Source of the DNA: an uncultured Oscillospiraceae bacterium
GTDB taxonomy: Bacteria > Bacillota > Clostridia > Oscillospirales > Oscillospiraceae
DNA length: 64,000 bases
NCBI GenBank assembly: GCA_950075865.1
Contig: CATMVA010000002.1
Span: 6,173-70,172 of the forward strand
Direction: 5' to 3'
The notes beneath the pieces are model-generated. The model did not search any database and was not told the DNA's origin. It was given only the letters and a program-made list of their open reading frames with translations. The translations under genes were made by a program, and so were the position numbers. This document shows, piece by piece, positions 16,605 through 31,600 of the stretch (position 1 is the first letter of the stretch; every line of letters starts with the position of its first letter).

Positions 16605-19600
16605 TCAGGGCTCGGCCCAGTGCTCCACTCCGCCATCCAGATAGAAGGAATGGTCGGAGGTGGCTTCCATGATGTTCTGGTAGGCCCAGTTGGTAGCCTT
16701 CACGTCGCTCCAGGGGCTGGTGGCGCCCTGGGGAACATCCACCAGGCTGGTCTTGTCCACGCTGCGGCCCAGGAAGCCATTGAAGATGACCGCGGCCTCG
16801 GCCCGGGTGATGTTGTTCTTGGGCTGGAAGGTGCCGTCCTTATAGCCGCCGATCCAGCCGTTGACATAGACGGTGTAGACCGCGTTCCGGGCCCACTTGT
16901 TGACGCTGTCGGCGTCGGTGAAGGGCAGGCCCTGGTTCTCCTGGGCGCCGCCGGCCAGGTTGGCGATGACCACGGCGAACTCCTGCCGGGTCATGGTACC
17001 CTCGGGCAGGAAGGTTCCGTCCTTGTAGCCAGAGAAGATCCCCTTCTCGATACAGTAGCCGATCATGTTCTCGGCGGGATGGCCCGCCACGTCGGTGACC
17101 GAGCTGGTATCGTAGACATGATCAGGATCATAGTCGGTACCCAGGGCCCGGACCACCATGGTGACCACGTCGGCACGGGTGATGGCCTGGGAGGGACGGA
17201 AGGTGCCGTCGTCATAGCCGCTCATGTAGGCGGTATGGCTCTGGAGTTGGACCTCGGGCTGGTCAGCCCGGTACACCGCATAGAAGGTCTTGTTGGCGGT
17301 GATGGTCACGTCCGCGGGGCTGACCACCGCGCCAGCCGGGGTCTCGGCCCAGCCCAGGAAGGTGTATCCCTCGTGGGCGTTGACGGCAGGCACACGGACG
17401 GGCTTCTGGCCCTCGATGACGCTCTCGGAGGAGGCGCCGCTAACCGCGCCGTTGGCGCCGGCGTCGTAGCGGACCGTGTAGAGGGCAGCCTGGGGCGCGT
17501 AGACGGCATAGAAGGTGGTAGCCGCCGTGATGGTCACGGTGAGGGGCTCCACGATGTCGCCGGCGGGGGTCAGGGACCAGCCCACGAAGGTCCAGTCGGC
17601 GCTGGGATCGATGTGGGGCTGGGTCCTGGGCTTACCACCCGACTTGACGCTGAGGGTCAGCACCGAGCCGTCGGGGGCGGTGCCGTGGTCGCCTACCACA
17701 TAGGTCACGGAGAATTCCTCGCGGTAACGCCAGGTCTCGTCCTGATAGGCGGCGTCCCAGTGCTCGGGAGGCATCTTGCCCTCCTCGTCGGGCCAGTGGA
17801 AGTCGTGGTCGTTGGTGGCCTCGATGATATGGTAGTAGGCCCAATACTTCTCGGGCACATCGGTCCAGGTCATGTACTGGGTCATGCCGTCGCCCTGGTA
17901 GCCGCCGGCGGTGGCGTCCAGCACGTAGGAGGTCAGGTCGGCCAGACCCTCGGCGTCCACGCCACGGTGGAGGTAGCCGTTGAAGATGGCCACGGTCTCG
18001 GCACGGGTGATGTTGTTCTGGGGACGGAAGGTACCGTCGGGATAACCGGAGACCCAGTTGTTCTTATAGACGGTGTACACGCCGTCCCGGGCCCACTTGT
18101 TGATGCTGGAGGCGTCGGTGAAGGGCATACCGATGTTGGGCTGCATGCCGGCCATGTTGGCCACCACCACGGCCAGCTCCTGGCGGGTGATGTACTGGTC
18201 GGGCTTGAAGGTGCCGTCCTTATAGCCGCTGAACACGCCGTACATGGTGCAGTAGGCAATGTCGTTGCCGTACCACTTCTTGGGATTGATGTCGCTGTAG
18301 TTGCCCGGGTTGCCGTAGTCGGCGGTGTTGTCGAAGCCGTCCAGACAGGCGTTGGCCACGATGGCGGCCACCTCGGCACGGGTGATGTACTGCTCGGGCT
18401 TGAAGGTGCCGTCTGGATAACCGGAAGCATAGTGGTTATGCTCGAACCTGGGCTCGTCATAGACGGCGTAGAAGGTCTTGTCCTCGCTGATGGAGAAGGT
18501 CAGGGGATCCACCAGCTTGATCTCGGCGCCGGAGGCCAGGGTAGCGGGATCCACCTCGGACCAGCCCTTGAAGGTGTAGCCCTCCTTGCCCGAGACCTTG
18601 GGCACGAAGGTGGGCTTGGCGCCCGCGCGGGCCATCTTCTCGGCCGTCAGGTCGTTGGTGAAGCCGTTGTCGCTGATCCAGTAGGTGACGACGGGGAGCT
18701 CCTCGGTGACGGTGATGGTACCGGTGGAGGGAGGCGGATCGGCGGGCTTGGGTCCTGTGGTGTACTCGAACTTCACGGTATACGTACCGTCACCATTCTC
18801 CACCGCGCTGCTGGCCGGGTTGCCCTTCCAAGTATAGCCGGTGGTATCGGTTCCGGGCAGGTTGATATTCTCCTTGGGATCCACAACAACAGTCAGGGTA
18901 TAGCTCGTGCTGTACTCAACCGTGGTAACAGGTGTACCGTTCGAAGCCGCCCAGCTGGCACTCGTAAAGGTGTACTTGCTGCTATCGCCCTCGCTGATAT
19001 CCGTGGGCAGCGCGCTGCCTACCGTGGGCGTCGCCGAGTTCACGATCACCCGCGTGATGCTGCTGTCCTCCAAGGTGAAGGACTTCCGCAGGGTCAGGGT
19101 GCCGTCGGAGTTGAGGGTCTTATCAGCGCCGGTCACGGGATCGTTGTTGATGTAGCCCGCAGTGGCGGCATTGAACTCGTGGGTGTTGGGGTTCTTGACC
19201 CGCACGGTGAGCTCGGCGGTGTAGGTCTTGCCGGGCTGGAAGGTGCCGATGAAGTCCGCGCCCGTGTCATCCAGCCACTTGGCAGAGGCCTTCTCATAGG
19301 GCTGGCCGCTGATGGCGGTGATGTTGCTGGCGCTGGCGGTATTGCCCGCAGTGGGCACCACCACGTTGCCGTAGACCGTCAGGTCGGTGGAAGCCTCAGG
19401 CACCTTGAAGGCACGGGTCAGGGTGACGGTGGTGGGGGTGCCGGTGGTCGGGTCATATGCCACCGTAGTTCCACCAGTCGTATCGTTGATGTAACCCTTG
19501 GTGGTCTGGGTGAACTGATAGATGCCGGTATACTGGCCCTTCAGCTCGGCGGTCAGCCGGGCATGGTAGGTGGTGCCGGGCAGGAATTTACCGTTGGCCT

Positions 19601-22600
19601 CTATGGTGCAGGCCGCGTCGGTGTACCACTTGTTGGTGCCGGCCTGGATCTGATAGGGCTCGGCCGGGGAAACCGTAATGTCGCCGTGGTTGATGGCAGA
19701 TCCGGCCACGGGCTGCTTGGCGTTGCCCCAGACGGTGAGGACCTTGGCGACGGAGCCAGTGACCGGGAAGTCCACCGTCACGGTGTAGCTGTTGCCGCTG
19801 CCGGTGGTGGTCACCTTGGTGCCGCTGCCGGTGGCAGAGCCGGCACCGTCGATCCAGCTGCCGTTGTTGAAGATGCCGTTGATCAGGAAGTCCACCTTAT
19901 CGTCGGTCTCGGCCAGGAGGCTGTAGCCGCTGTTGGCCGCCACGGTGAAGGTGGCCCGGTAGTACTTGTTGGCCTCGAAGGTGGTGCCGGAGGCCGTGCC
20001 GTAACTGCCGCCGAAGGTGTTGGCCACGGTCCAGGTCACAGGACTCACGGTGATATGGCTCAGCATATCGTCGTTGTCCTTGTTCTGGGCCAGTATCTTG
20101 GACACGTCGGTGCTTCTGGTCTCGTTGGCCACGGGCTGAGACACGTTGGCGGCCACACGGACGATGGTCTTGTCCTGTCCGGGGAAGAGGTGGTAAACCA
20201 TAGCGGTCTTGTGATCGGCGGAGATCTCCACATTGGTGCCGTTTGCCGCCTTGGTGTACACACTTCCGTTGATAATAAACTTGGTGCCATCGCTGAAGAT
20301 GAAGCCGTCCTGGGCGGTAAAGGTGGTGACCACAACGTAATCACCGTTGTTGAAGGTGCCAGTTTCAGTCACCACAGCGCCGGTCTTGGTGCCTGTATGC
20401 CAGGTGGATCCGTTGCTGTTATCGGTCTTCAATGCCGCCTGGTCCAAAGTGACCTGATTGCCGGGCGTGTAGTTCAGCGCCACAGCAGGGTTCTTACCCT
20501 CGACGGGGACTTCGTAGTTGGCGGTGACGTCCCCGACGGTAATATCGCTCTGGGTCGCGGGATAGGTGACGGTGACCGTGCACCGGGTGTCGCTGTCTCT
20601 GACCGCCTGGACCGTGATCCCGCTTGCCGGATCTGTCTTTGCCGGATCGCCGGTGTTTACCTCAATGTCGTGAATGGTAAATTTCACCGAAGCGGCATAG
20701 GTATAGCCGGTCTCATTGATCGTCAGGGGATAAGTGGCCTTATAAGACTTACCCTTGTCGAAGGTGGTAACGCTTGCGCCGGTGGCTTCAGTCCATGTCA
20801 CGTCGCCAGCGGTCACTCGGCTGGTCAGCACATTGCCTTTGCCGTTGATGGCCAGCGTAACTTTGCCAGACTTCTTATAGGTATCGTCGGCAGGCTTGCC
20901 ACCCACAGCGGGCGCTGTGGCACGGGTGGCCACCTCGATGATCACCCGGTCCACCGGGATATAGAACTGACGGGTCAGGGTGTAGGTACCGTCCCCGTTC
21001 TTCACCAACGGCGTATATTGGGGCCGGCCGTTGATCACGCTGTCCACTGCATCGGTGGTACACTCAATACCTGCCAGATAGAACTTGGTTTTGTCCGTGA
21101 TCTGGTAGTGGGTGGTGTCGGTAAGCTTCACCGTACCTGTGACCTGATAAGGCACTCCGGCCAGGAAGTTGCCGCTTGCGTCCAGCGCGCTGTTCGCATT
21201 AGCAGCAGTGATCGTGATCCAGGCGGAACCGTTCCAATACTGCCAGACGTCGTTGGTCCCGGTCAGGGCGTAGGGCTTCACAGCGTCCACGCTGGGCTTG
21301 TACCCAGAATCGGGAGCTTTGTCCACAGAGGGGACCACAGCGTTGACATAGACGTCGGTCAGGTCCACCTTACCGCCCTTGAGCGCGGCGAAAGTCACCA
21401 CGACGTGGTACTTTTCGCTGGCAGCATCCTTGGTGGCGGACACGTTTCTGATCACATTGTTGCCGCCGGGCACCGCAACGCCGTTGACAATGAAGTTCAC
21501 ATTATCGGCGAACTGGAAGGGATCTTTCGCGGTCAGGTCAAATTCGGCACGGTAGCCCTTGTCGCCCTGGAACTGGGCTCCGGCAACCATCTCGGTGGTA
21601 GAAGTGTCCTCGTACCACTTGATGCCGCTCATGTCCAGGTTAGCCATCTGGTCGGAACTGTCGGTGCCCAGGACCTGGATCTTGGAGCCAGTGTCCTGGT
21701 GCGTGGTCTCCACCACGGGCTGGGGGATGCTGACGTTCACGTGCTGGATCTTGATGCGCTCCACAGGAGGGAAGGTGTAGTACATGGTGTACACGCCGCC
21801 GCTCACTGCGAGGCCGTCAGCCCCAGTGACCTCAACGGTATTGCCCGTACCAAAGTGGAAATAGAAGTGAGTATTCTCATCATACTCGAAGCCGTCCTTG
21901 GGCTTGACCTTCACCACCACGGTGTAGGTATCGGCGTCAAATTTGGGATCTGTGCCGGTAACCTTATTGCCAGGGTCAGTCAGATCGGCAAAGTCGGTAT
22001 ACCAAGTGGCGGTAAAGGTGTCCCCGCCCTCGCCGGGCTGGGTCTCCGTGGTCAGAGTCACGCCGGTGGGCTGGCCGGGAATGGTATGGCTGTAAATGGG
22101 CATCTCGGCAAAGTGGACGTCTACGTGGGAGACCTTGGTCACCAGCGCGTCCTTGATCTGGCCGACACTGGGCTGTTCCTCCTGAGCCGCCAGGCGGTAT
22201 ACAGGAGTGCCGTTATAGGAGGCGCCGGCGCCACCCAGAGCATAGCCCCCGGTCTGGCCCACGGCCGTGCCGGTGTTCACCGTGATCGCGGGCCAGGTGA
22301 TCTCAGAGCCCACATTCGCATTGGCATAGGGCGGCCGGGAACCGTCCGCATTGTTCCAGGTCCCGGCGGGCGTCAGGGTGACCTTGTCGCCCAGAAGCAC
22401 GCCGCCATAGCTGCCGTTGGCCACAGTGGTCAGCGTAAAGTCCGCAGACGTATAGCTGTGGACGTTATTGGGGTTGCCGGTCCAGTTCTTATCCCACTTC
22501 GCCACCACAAAGTTCAGGGAGCGGGCCTCGATGGTCAGCGGATCGCTGGAGTTCTCTGCTCCGGTGGAGTCGGTGACGGTGACCCGGATGGTCTTGCCCA

Positions 22601-25600
22601 CCTCGTCCTTGCCAGGCACATGATCCTTACCGGTCTCGCCGGGGATGGGCGTCCAGGTGCCGGTGGGGCCCTCGACCTCCCACTGGTAGGTATAGGGACC
22701 GGTGCCGCCGGTGGGTTCCGCGGTCAGCTTGTCGCCGTACTCGGGATCGTTGCCGTTCTCGTCGGTGACCGTGACAGCCAGGTCAGCGCTCTTGATCTTC
22801 AGCGTACCCACGGGTGCCGAGACCACGTGGTCGTTGACGTCGGCGTAGCACAGGTAGACCGTCTTGCCGTTGTGGCTGGCACCCAGCTTCGTGGCAGCAG
22901 TCAGCTCGTCGGTGCCGTCGGCATTCAGGGCGTAGAAGTAGTTGGTCGGCGTGTTGCTGCTCCGATTGTCCACGCCGTAGCCGGTGAGGGTCACCGGGTT
23001 TCTCAGGGCAGCGGTGTCGGTGTTGAAGGTGACCGTAACGCCCTCGGTGGCCTGCATGGTGCCGGGCACGAAGGAGGCGCCGTCGGTGTACTCCAGCGTG
23101 GGCTTGGGCAGGGTCTTGCCGCTCGCCGCGGCAATGTCCATGACCGTGAGCTCCTTGACCACCAGCCGGTCCACCTGAGTGGAGGTGGGCAAACCGCTGA
23201 TCTTCACATAGACCATCAGCCCGTCCAAAGACAGGTCGCTGTCGCTGCCATAGTTCTTGAAGGTGCGACCGGCAGTGTCACCGTCTTTGTAGAGAACGAC
23301 CTCGCTGTTGTTGCTGGGATCGATCACATAGAAGGTCCGCCCGCTGGTGACCGGCTTATCGGTGGTATTTCCGTCGGTATTTTTATAGGTGGCGTTCACC
23401 GTGATCTTGGAGGGATCAAAGACGAAGCCGATGCCGGACTTGTGGCCGGTGGCGTTGGTATCCTTATGCTTGTTGCCGCTGGCATCGCTCATCTGGGCGT
23501 AATAGATCCCAAGATCACCCGTTACGCCGGAGATGGCCACCAACTGCTCGGCCACCGGCTTAAAGAAGCTGTAGCGGATCTCAATGGTCCCGTCCTCGTT
23601 GAGCTTGGTTTCCACCGTAGCGGTCTTTCCATTGGTCAGGTCAGATTCGCCGTTCACCGTGGCATTCCACTTGGAATCCTTCAGGGCCGTGCCCTTGTTT
23701 CCGCCAAAGACGCTATCGTCAAACTCATAGCCAGCCTCGGGTCTCACCGTGACCAGCACGTCATAATTCTTAGACTCACTAAATCCGGGATTCACGACCT
23801 GGTTCGTGGTCCCCTTATCGACCCACTTGTAGCCCGTCACGGTATACTTGGCAGGCTCGCCGGAGCTCACGTTGGTGGTGGTGCTTCCCACGCCCAGCGT
23901 ACCGACTGTCACGTCGATCAGGGTCAGCTTGGTGGGCTCGGCCTCAAACTCCAGAGAGAAGGAGGCGGTCTCAGCCGTCAGGCTCAGCTGCTTGGTGTTA
24001 GCCGAACCGTTGATCTTGCCGAAGTTGGTCTGAGCCGTATCAAAGCGATAATCGCTGCCGGCCTTGATCTTCAGCACCACTGTGACCGTATAAGCCGTAT
24101 TGGCGGCAAATGCAGCCCCGGGAGCGGGAGACCAGAACACATTGGTGATCTCCACGTCATTGGCATAGCTGGCGCCGCCGCCCGAAGAGGTCAGAGTGTT
24201 GCTATGCCCCTGCACTGTCGCCAAAGTGTTGGGCACGCCGTTGGTCGCGGCTTCATCCACCAAAACATTCGCCGCCGTGATCAGCTTGGCCTTCACGGTC
24301 ACCTTGATGGTGTCGGTGTACACATTGTAGTGGTCGCCGTCTTTGGCGTGATCACCCGAGCCGTTGGCCGGCGTGTAGGTCACAGGGACGTAGTAGACCC
24401 CGGGGCTGGTCAGGCCGGTCACATCGCCGATGGTCCAGGCGCCGTTGATGTCGGTCTCGCCGGTGCCGTCGCCGTCAGGCTTGAAGGTCAGCACGCCGTT
24501 GATCGCGGCGGAAATGTTGCCGTCCACCTCGACCGAGACACCTGTAGTCAGCTTGGTCTTGTCCGCGTCCTTCAGCTTCATATCCGCTTTGTCAATGACG
24601 AAGGAGTAATCGGCTGTGGCGGTGAAGGTACCATCAGTCACCTCGATGGTCGCGGTCTTCGCGCCAGTGTCATTGGGCGTGCCGCTGAACACACCGCCGG
24701 AGGTCATGGTAAGCCCGAAAGGCAGGGTACCCGTCGTGTAGGTGTATGCAGGCGCGCTGCCCGTGCCGCCCGTGGCAGGAGTCACCTGGTTGGGCGTGAG
24801 GGTGTTATGCTTGTAGACACCCTTGATCACGCCGGCGGGCAGGGCCAGCTCGCTGTCCTTGGTCCACACCGGGTAGAGGGTGATGACACCGTCCTTGATC
24901 ACCACATCCGGGCTTGTCGCCGTGAAGACAAAGGTTCCCGCAGACGCATCCGCGACCTTGGTCTCATCAGTCGTCCAGCCCCGGAAGGTATAGCTGCCGG
25001 TGCTGTGGACGTGGGTGATCGAATACTGGCCGGCTCCCACGCTCCCAGTCACAGGCTGGGGCAGGCCGAAGGTGGCCCCGGCCAGCACCTTGTAAATGCC
25101 GCCACTGGGCGTACCGCCGGTGAGGATATCCAGATAGCTCTGTCCATTGTTGTAGCCCATGGTGCTCTGTCCGTCAGCAGCACCAATGTTCCCCAGACGG
25201 ACCTCATACTCCACCACATCACTGAACCGAGCGGTCAGGGTCACGGGCTGCTTCTGCATGACCTGGCTGATATTGGCCGAAGTAGAACGGTCAATGGTAG
25301 TTCCCGTGGTGTCGGTATACTGAGTCTCTGTCCACTTGTCCAGCTTCTTGCCCGTGGGCACAGTGGTAGAGACCCCGAAGGGCTGGCCCTCCACATAGTA
25401 GTAGCTGGTGCGGCCGGCGGTGCTGTCCAGCCTCAGGTCCGCGCCGGTACCGGTGGGCTCCTGCTTCAGGACCGCCTGGTACAGATCCACCACCATGGGA
25501 TTGGTGGAGAAAGCAGTGACTACGTTCGTGGTCACATAGCCGTTGACCACCACACTGTAGGACTTGGAGGAATCCAGCCCGGTCCAGGTATACTTGCCGG

Positions 25601-28600
25601 CGGCGGTTTTGCTTCCGGCCGTTCCGGATGTCGTACCCGCCTCGCGCAGCTCGATGCTCACCACATCACCCAGCGTGCCGGGCAGGTCTGTGGCGGTGTG
25701 CAGCTTGGTGTCCACCTCGAAGTCGAAGGTGGAAGCCCGGTTGACCACCAGAGTCAGCCGCACCTCGGCCTGAACACCGTGATCTCCCTTAATGGTCAGG
25801 GTATCGGTGTAGACTCCGGGGGTAACGCCCTTCGCAGGCCAGACGTAAATATCAACTGTCCCATCCTTATCAATGGGAGTAGTGTTGGTAATGGTCGCAT
25901 GAGTGCCGCTCTTCAGCTCAAATTTGCTGCTACTACCCTGAGCCAACGTCAGATTCAGGTTCCCTGTACTCTGGGTACCTATATTGGTAATGGTCACCTT
26001 CAGGCTCTTGGCATCATTCACAGTGCCGGTAGTGTCCACCGTGCCCCAGGTGCCGTCAGCACCTGCCGAAACATTGTACCCCGCCTCCACTGTCCAGGTG
26101 TTGGCGATGGGGCTGGCCGTGATGCCATAGGTCGAATCAACACCCACAATGGCATCCACATTGCCATCCTCATAAATGTTGCTGTATACGTTATTGTTGC
26201 TGTCAGCGCTATTGCCGCTGCCGGGCGTCCAATGCAGACCCACAGTATTGGCTCCATTGGCAAAGCTGCCTGTCGAAGTAATACTCAGCGCACCGGTGGT
26301 CGCGGCGGCATCACCGGTAGCAGTGGGCAGTGTGTAACGATAAGTCGCCGTCCCCCAAACATCCCCGGCAGAGTCGGCTCCCTTTGTAGTCAGTTTGGGC
26401 ACAGCAACATCGACTACATATGTAGCCGCATTGAAGGATTTTCCATCCTCTGCACCGGTAACACTTACAACCGCAAGCGAAGGCACGGCCTTACTGACAG
26501 TGATTTCTACCTCGTGGGTCCAGCTCAGGCTGCTGTCCGCAGTGCTGGTAGCAGTCACAGTCACAGTCTGGTTACCGCCCACCTCATAGGGCTTTCCGGT
26601 GATCACTCCGTTGGGGGCCATGGTCAGGCCGCCGGGCAGTCCGCTGGCCGAATAGGTCACCGGGCCGGTCTTGCTGGTATCCATGGACACCGAACCGTAG
26701 TAGTTTTCACCATAGGTGCCCACCGGCAGGTTGGGCGTCCAGTCATTGACCTGAACCTTCTCCCACTGGGCGGTCAGGATCACATCCCCGGCCGGCATGG
26801 TGAAGTTGCCGCCGGAAGCCACAGCGCCCACGCTCTGGTTTCCGGACCAGCCGGTGAAGGTATGGCCGGGCCATACGGGGATCATGGTGCTCACTGTCAC
26901 GTTAGCGCCTGCGGCGTAATCCATGGTATCAGAGGGTACCATAGTGCTGCCCCCTGCCGCTCCCGCACTGTAAGTCACCTTAAAAGTAACGGCAGCCCGT
27001 TCCTTGTATGTGGCCGTCATGGTCACTGCCTTCTCCGGCATGGCGAAGCCCGCAGACGCACTGGGGTACTCGGCAGCGCTGTCGCTGCTTACCCATTTGA
27101 CAAAGTCATAGGTCTTCCCGGAAGCTGTCACCGACGCATCGGTGCTGGTAACCACCACCTGATCCTTCAGGTAGTAGCCCGCCCCCGTCAGGTGGCTGTC
27201 CGGAGTGCCCGAAATATCGTTGGTCAGCTTTACCTCGTACAGATTGGCACTGGCCTCCTGAGCGGTATAAGTCACATAGGTGCCCGGGACCTGAATGCCG
27301 TTGATCCACACCGAGTAGGTGGTTCCGGCCGTCAGGCCGGTTACCTGATACTCGTTGGAGGCGGCCACATAGCTGGCCGTCTTTTCGTTGGTCGTACCCA
27401 ACTCCCGCAGCTTCACTGTACCACCGGGGATCTGTCCGGCCGTACCGCTGGTGGCCCCCACAGCATACAGGATAGCCTTCACCTTGCCGGTAAAGCTGCC
27501 GGCGGTGATCTCCATCGTCACCGGGATCCGCTCCTCGGCCACGGTATTGCTATCCGCGTCTTTTTCCACAATGTGGATAAACACGGTATGGGTTCCGATC
27601 TTGCCGGTCAGATTATTGCCGACAGGCTTAACGGTCAAAGTGGTTGTCCCATTCTCGGCCAGCTCAGTATTGCCAGCGAATCCAGTCACGGTAAACTCAG
27701 CGACTGTAGCTGTAGTATCATAGGCAGACCCATCCGCATTCTGCAGGTCATAGGTGAAATAGCCAGTCTGGTTACCCGTATTGGTAACGGTGACCGTCTT
27801 GCCTGCAATGCCGTCGATCTGTACGGCTGTCCGATCCGAAGTAATGCTGTCAAAGACAATGGGGCTGGTGGCCGTAAAGCTGTACCTCATATTGCCCTGG
27901 TTGATGTAACCGTTGCCCGTAACACTGCTGTAGATCTCACCGAAAGTCTGTCCGCTGATACTGGTAGCGCCGTTGGGCTTAAGTGTGACCACAGCCGGAA
28001 TACTGCCCTTGCTAAAGTCCAGTGAACCCGTAGGACTGGTCAGCTCAAGGGTACCCGGATCAGTTCCAGCCGCGCCGCTGACGTAGTTGGTGTATGTGTA
28101 GGTCTTCGCATTTGTCCAACTGCTTCCATCCCAATAAGGAGCAGTGACCACAGCGTCGATCCGCAAATCACTCAGCGGTGTAGTCGCCTGAATGTTTCCA
28201 TTAACACCATCCGTAAAACGCACCCCGGTAATGGTGGGGGTCGCCTTACCTACCACCAGACCATAGTTGTGCGTCCAGGTCTCGCCGGCGGTGTTTCGGG
28301 CTGTCACACTGAAGCCAAAGGTGCCCGCCCGTGTCGGCTTTCCGGTGATGACACCTGTATTTGTATTGTACGTAAGACCGATAGCGCTCAAATTAGTGAT
28401 CCCGGTCCAGCCGCCAGTCATGGCGCCCAGGGAGGTATCCCAGGCTCCCACACTGTAAGTCACGGCGCCCAGATTGCCGCCCGTGACGACTGCGTTACCC
28501 GTGTAGTCCCGGCCATACTCACCCGAAGGCAACGTGGACCAACTGGGTTCAGCCTTTGCCCACACGGCGTAGACCGTCGTATTGGTAGTACCCATAGTCA

Positions 28601-31600
28601 CCGAGCCGCTGACATTCGCCGTAGTGGCCGCTGCCGTAGTAGCCCAGCCCTTGAAGTAGTATCCGGTCCGGGTGGGAGTCATTGCAGTCACCGGCACCGA
28701 ATCTCCCTGCTTATGGCCGCTGTCGGTGTAGAAGGTTCCCATGGAACCATAGTTGTAGTCATAAATCAGGGACAGACTGGCGGCATAGCTTGCCGTCACA
28801 GTCTTCTGGCTGTTCATGGTAACATAGTTGGTGATGGCTGTAGCCACACCCTCCACATTGCCGGTCCACTTGTCAAAGACATAGGCCTGCCCGCTCAGGG
28901 TCGCGTTCCTGGGCACGCTCAGGTTGATTGCCGAACCCTCCGTGTAAGCGGTTTGTCCACCCACCGTGATCGCCTTACCAGAGTTCTGGTTGACTGTGAC
29001 CTTGATGGCATTGGTCCCATCCATTACTCCCGCAGGAGTTGCACTTGTAGTCAGCGTGTAGAGGTTGATGACCTGCTCCTTGGCCGCGGCATGGAGCACA
29101 TAACCACTTTCGGTACTGTTCACCAGTACACTGTACGTCTGGCCCACGCTCAGGCCGGTAGCGGTGTACACGTTGCCGCTGGCGGTCGTGCCCACATTGG
29201 ATCCGGTGGCCGGCTTCAGCGTTACAGTCTGGCCCGACAGGGGTTTCCCATCCAGATTCAGCGTCACCTTACCGTCAAACTCATCGCTCGTGGTGACTAC
29301 AAACGTAATCTGCTGCCAATAGCTCAACTGCTCGTTGTTCTTGGTCTGGTCAACCGGTGTAGCTTCCTGGATGTGCAACCAGGTCGTATAAGTACCAGGG
29401 GCCAACCCAGCCTTCGGTCTGACCGTAACTTTGGGCGCGCTTCCGGTATTGGTAGTACCAGCGTTGACAGTCGCCGGCCGTGTGCTGGTTATTGTAAAGT
29501 TTCCACTGGTATCCTTCACGCCGGAGTCCTTAGCTGTATAAAGTCCCCACTCCTGCGAGCTGATAGTAGCGTTCACCGCACCCGGGTTGGTCAAGGTAGC
29601 GGTAAAGATATCTCCCAGTGTGGCAACATCATAAGACTCCTTGGCACTGGCATATTTCTGCGTACCTGTGATCTGGAGGTCGGCCACACCCGTACCGGTA
29701 AAGGTCACCGTGATGTTGGCCTTGGCCTGCAAAGTCACGCTGCTCTTCCCATCGCTGGCGATCTGATTGTAATGGCCTCCCACACCGGCAATAGTATTGC
29801 TGCCGGTAAGGGTGATCTTGTAGTCCTTATTGATGCAACTGGCATCTGGCGTAGCCGTCAGGGTGACGATATCGCTCTCCTTCACGGCGATCGTGATCGT
29901 CTTCCCTGTCTTACCGCCGCCCTCGACCTGGCTGATATGATCCCCAGCCACCACCGTAATGGTGTAAGAAGGCAGCTGCTTGTAGACGGCATACACCGTA
30001 ATGATCCCCGTACTGGCCGGCAGCTTATTCATCACAAAGGTGGCGTTGTTCCGCCCGGAGGCAGTGTGCGCCGCGCCTTCGCCGGTCAGAGTCCATTCGC
30101 CGCTGGCCGGGCTCAGGCGGTCATTGGACACGCCCGAGGTTGGGCTGGTACCCGTCAGGCTCCAGCCCAGGAACTCATAATCGTTGGTGCTGTTTGTCGT
30201 CCGCAGCTCGCTCCGTTCCCCGGTGCCCACCTGGGTCAGCGAGGCGCTCCATCCAAAGCCCGCGGGCTCGGTGCTGATCTTGTTGTTGCTCAGGTCGAAG
30301 AACACGTTCTGGACCCGGATCTCCCGGCGCTCCTTGCCGATCTCGCCCAGATCCACCCACATGGCGTAAGGCACAGAGTCACTCTTCAGGGCTGCATCTG
30401 TCTGGTCCGCGCCCCGGTCCACATGTCCGGTTCCGTCACCCGGTCCGTCACCGACTACACGGACCCACAGGTGGCTGCCGCTGATGACCTTGTCCTCACC
30501 CGGCAGCGTAACGCTGGGCGAGCCCGTCCCGACCTTCTGTCCCATTGTGGGACCGAGGTTGCTGGAGTTATTGCCTCCGTCGTAGGTTCCGCCGAAGCCG
30601 ATAAACCACTCCACGCTCTTGAGCCATCCCCGCTGTGTGGCGTTGGACATATCCACCTTGGTGCCGTCGGTCAGAGTGAACTCCTTCAGCGTAACGGCCT
30701 TGTTGGCCTGAATGATAGACTCCTTGATGGAACCGCCGTTGATCCGGGGCGGCACCTGGATAATGACCTTGGCCGTCTTGGTGGCTCCGTTCAGCTTAGA
30801 AGTCGCGGTCACCTCAAACTCGCTCCGTGCCGCGTTGTTCAGAGTGCCCGTGGCGACCAGCTGACCGCTGGAGTCGAACTTGAATGTCACGCCGTACACT
30901 GTATAACTGGTACCTCCACCCGGGAAGGTGTAGGTGAAGTCCGTTTTATTGTGCCCGTCGCCCGTGGCATAGCCCTGACCACCCGACGTCGGCGACAGTA
31001 CCGGCGTTTGGTCCATCACGCCGCTGAACGTCACGTCGTCAAAGGTGATCCCCCTGGGCTCCCACTTGGCGTAATAGTTCGTATTTCCGTTAATGATGGG
31101 CGAAGCCCCGCTGGACCACACCACGCTTCCGGTGGGCGAGGTGCTCCAGCCCTTCAGCGTATAGCCGGCCAGCGTCGGCTCAGGGCTGGGCCAGGCGGCG
31201 CTGCTGCCCCTATTGATGCTCTGCGCCGCGGGCGGATTGGCCCAGGAGTGCGTCACCCCTGCGGGCTTGTTCTCATGGAAGGTGACCGTGACCTTCTCCG
31301 TCCACTGGGCGTAGAGGGTCATGTCGCCGCTCACCGTATCGGAAGCGAAATTCCACTTGCTGCCGCCCGTGGCCGCGGTATACCAGCCGTTGAACACATC
31401 GGTGCCGCGGGTGGGATCCGTGGGCTTGGTAACCAGGTCGCCCTCAGCCACAGTCTGGCTCGACGGCGTCGGCGAGCCCCCCTGCGCGTCGAAGGAGACA
31501 GTATAAGTCGCCTTCTGCGCCGGCTCGCTCACATAAATCGTCACCGGTACGTTGACTGTTCTGCTTTGGAACACGGCAGCAGTCGCCGCTGCTTTATACC

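Noticed and set aside
16515-28025. 3836-aa plus-strand ORF
   Set aside because: It is the codon-aligned antisense shadow of the 5429-aa gene. High-GC genes avoid TTA/CTA/TCA, so no antisense stops arise, and the translation has no recognisable motifs.
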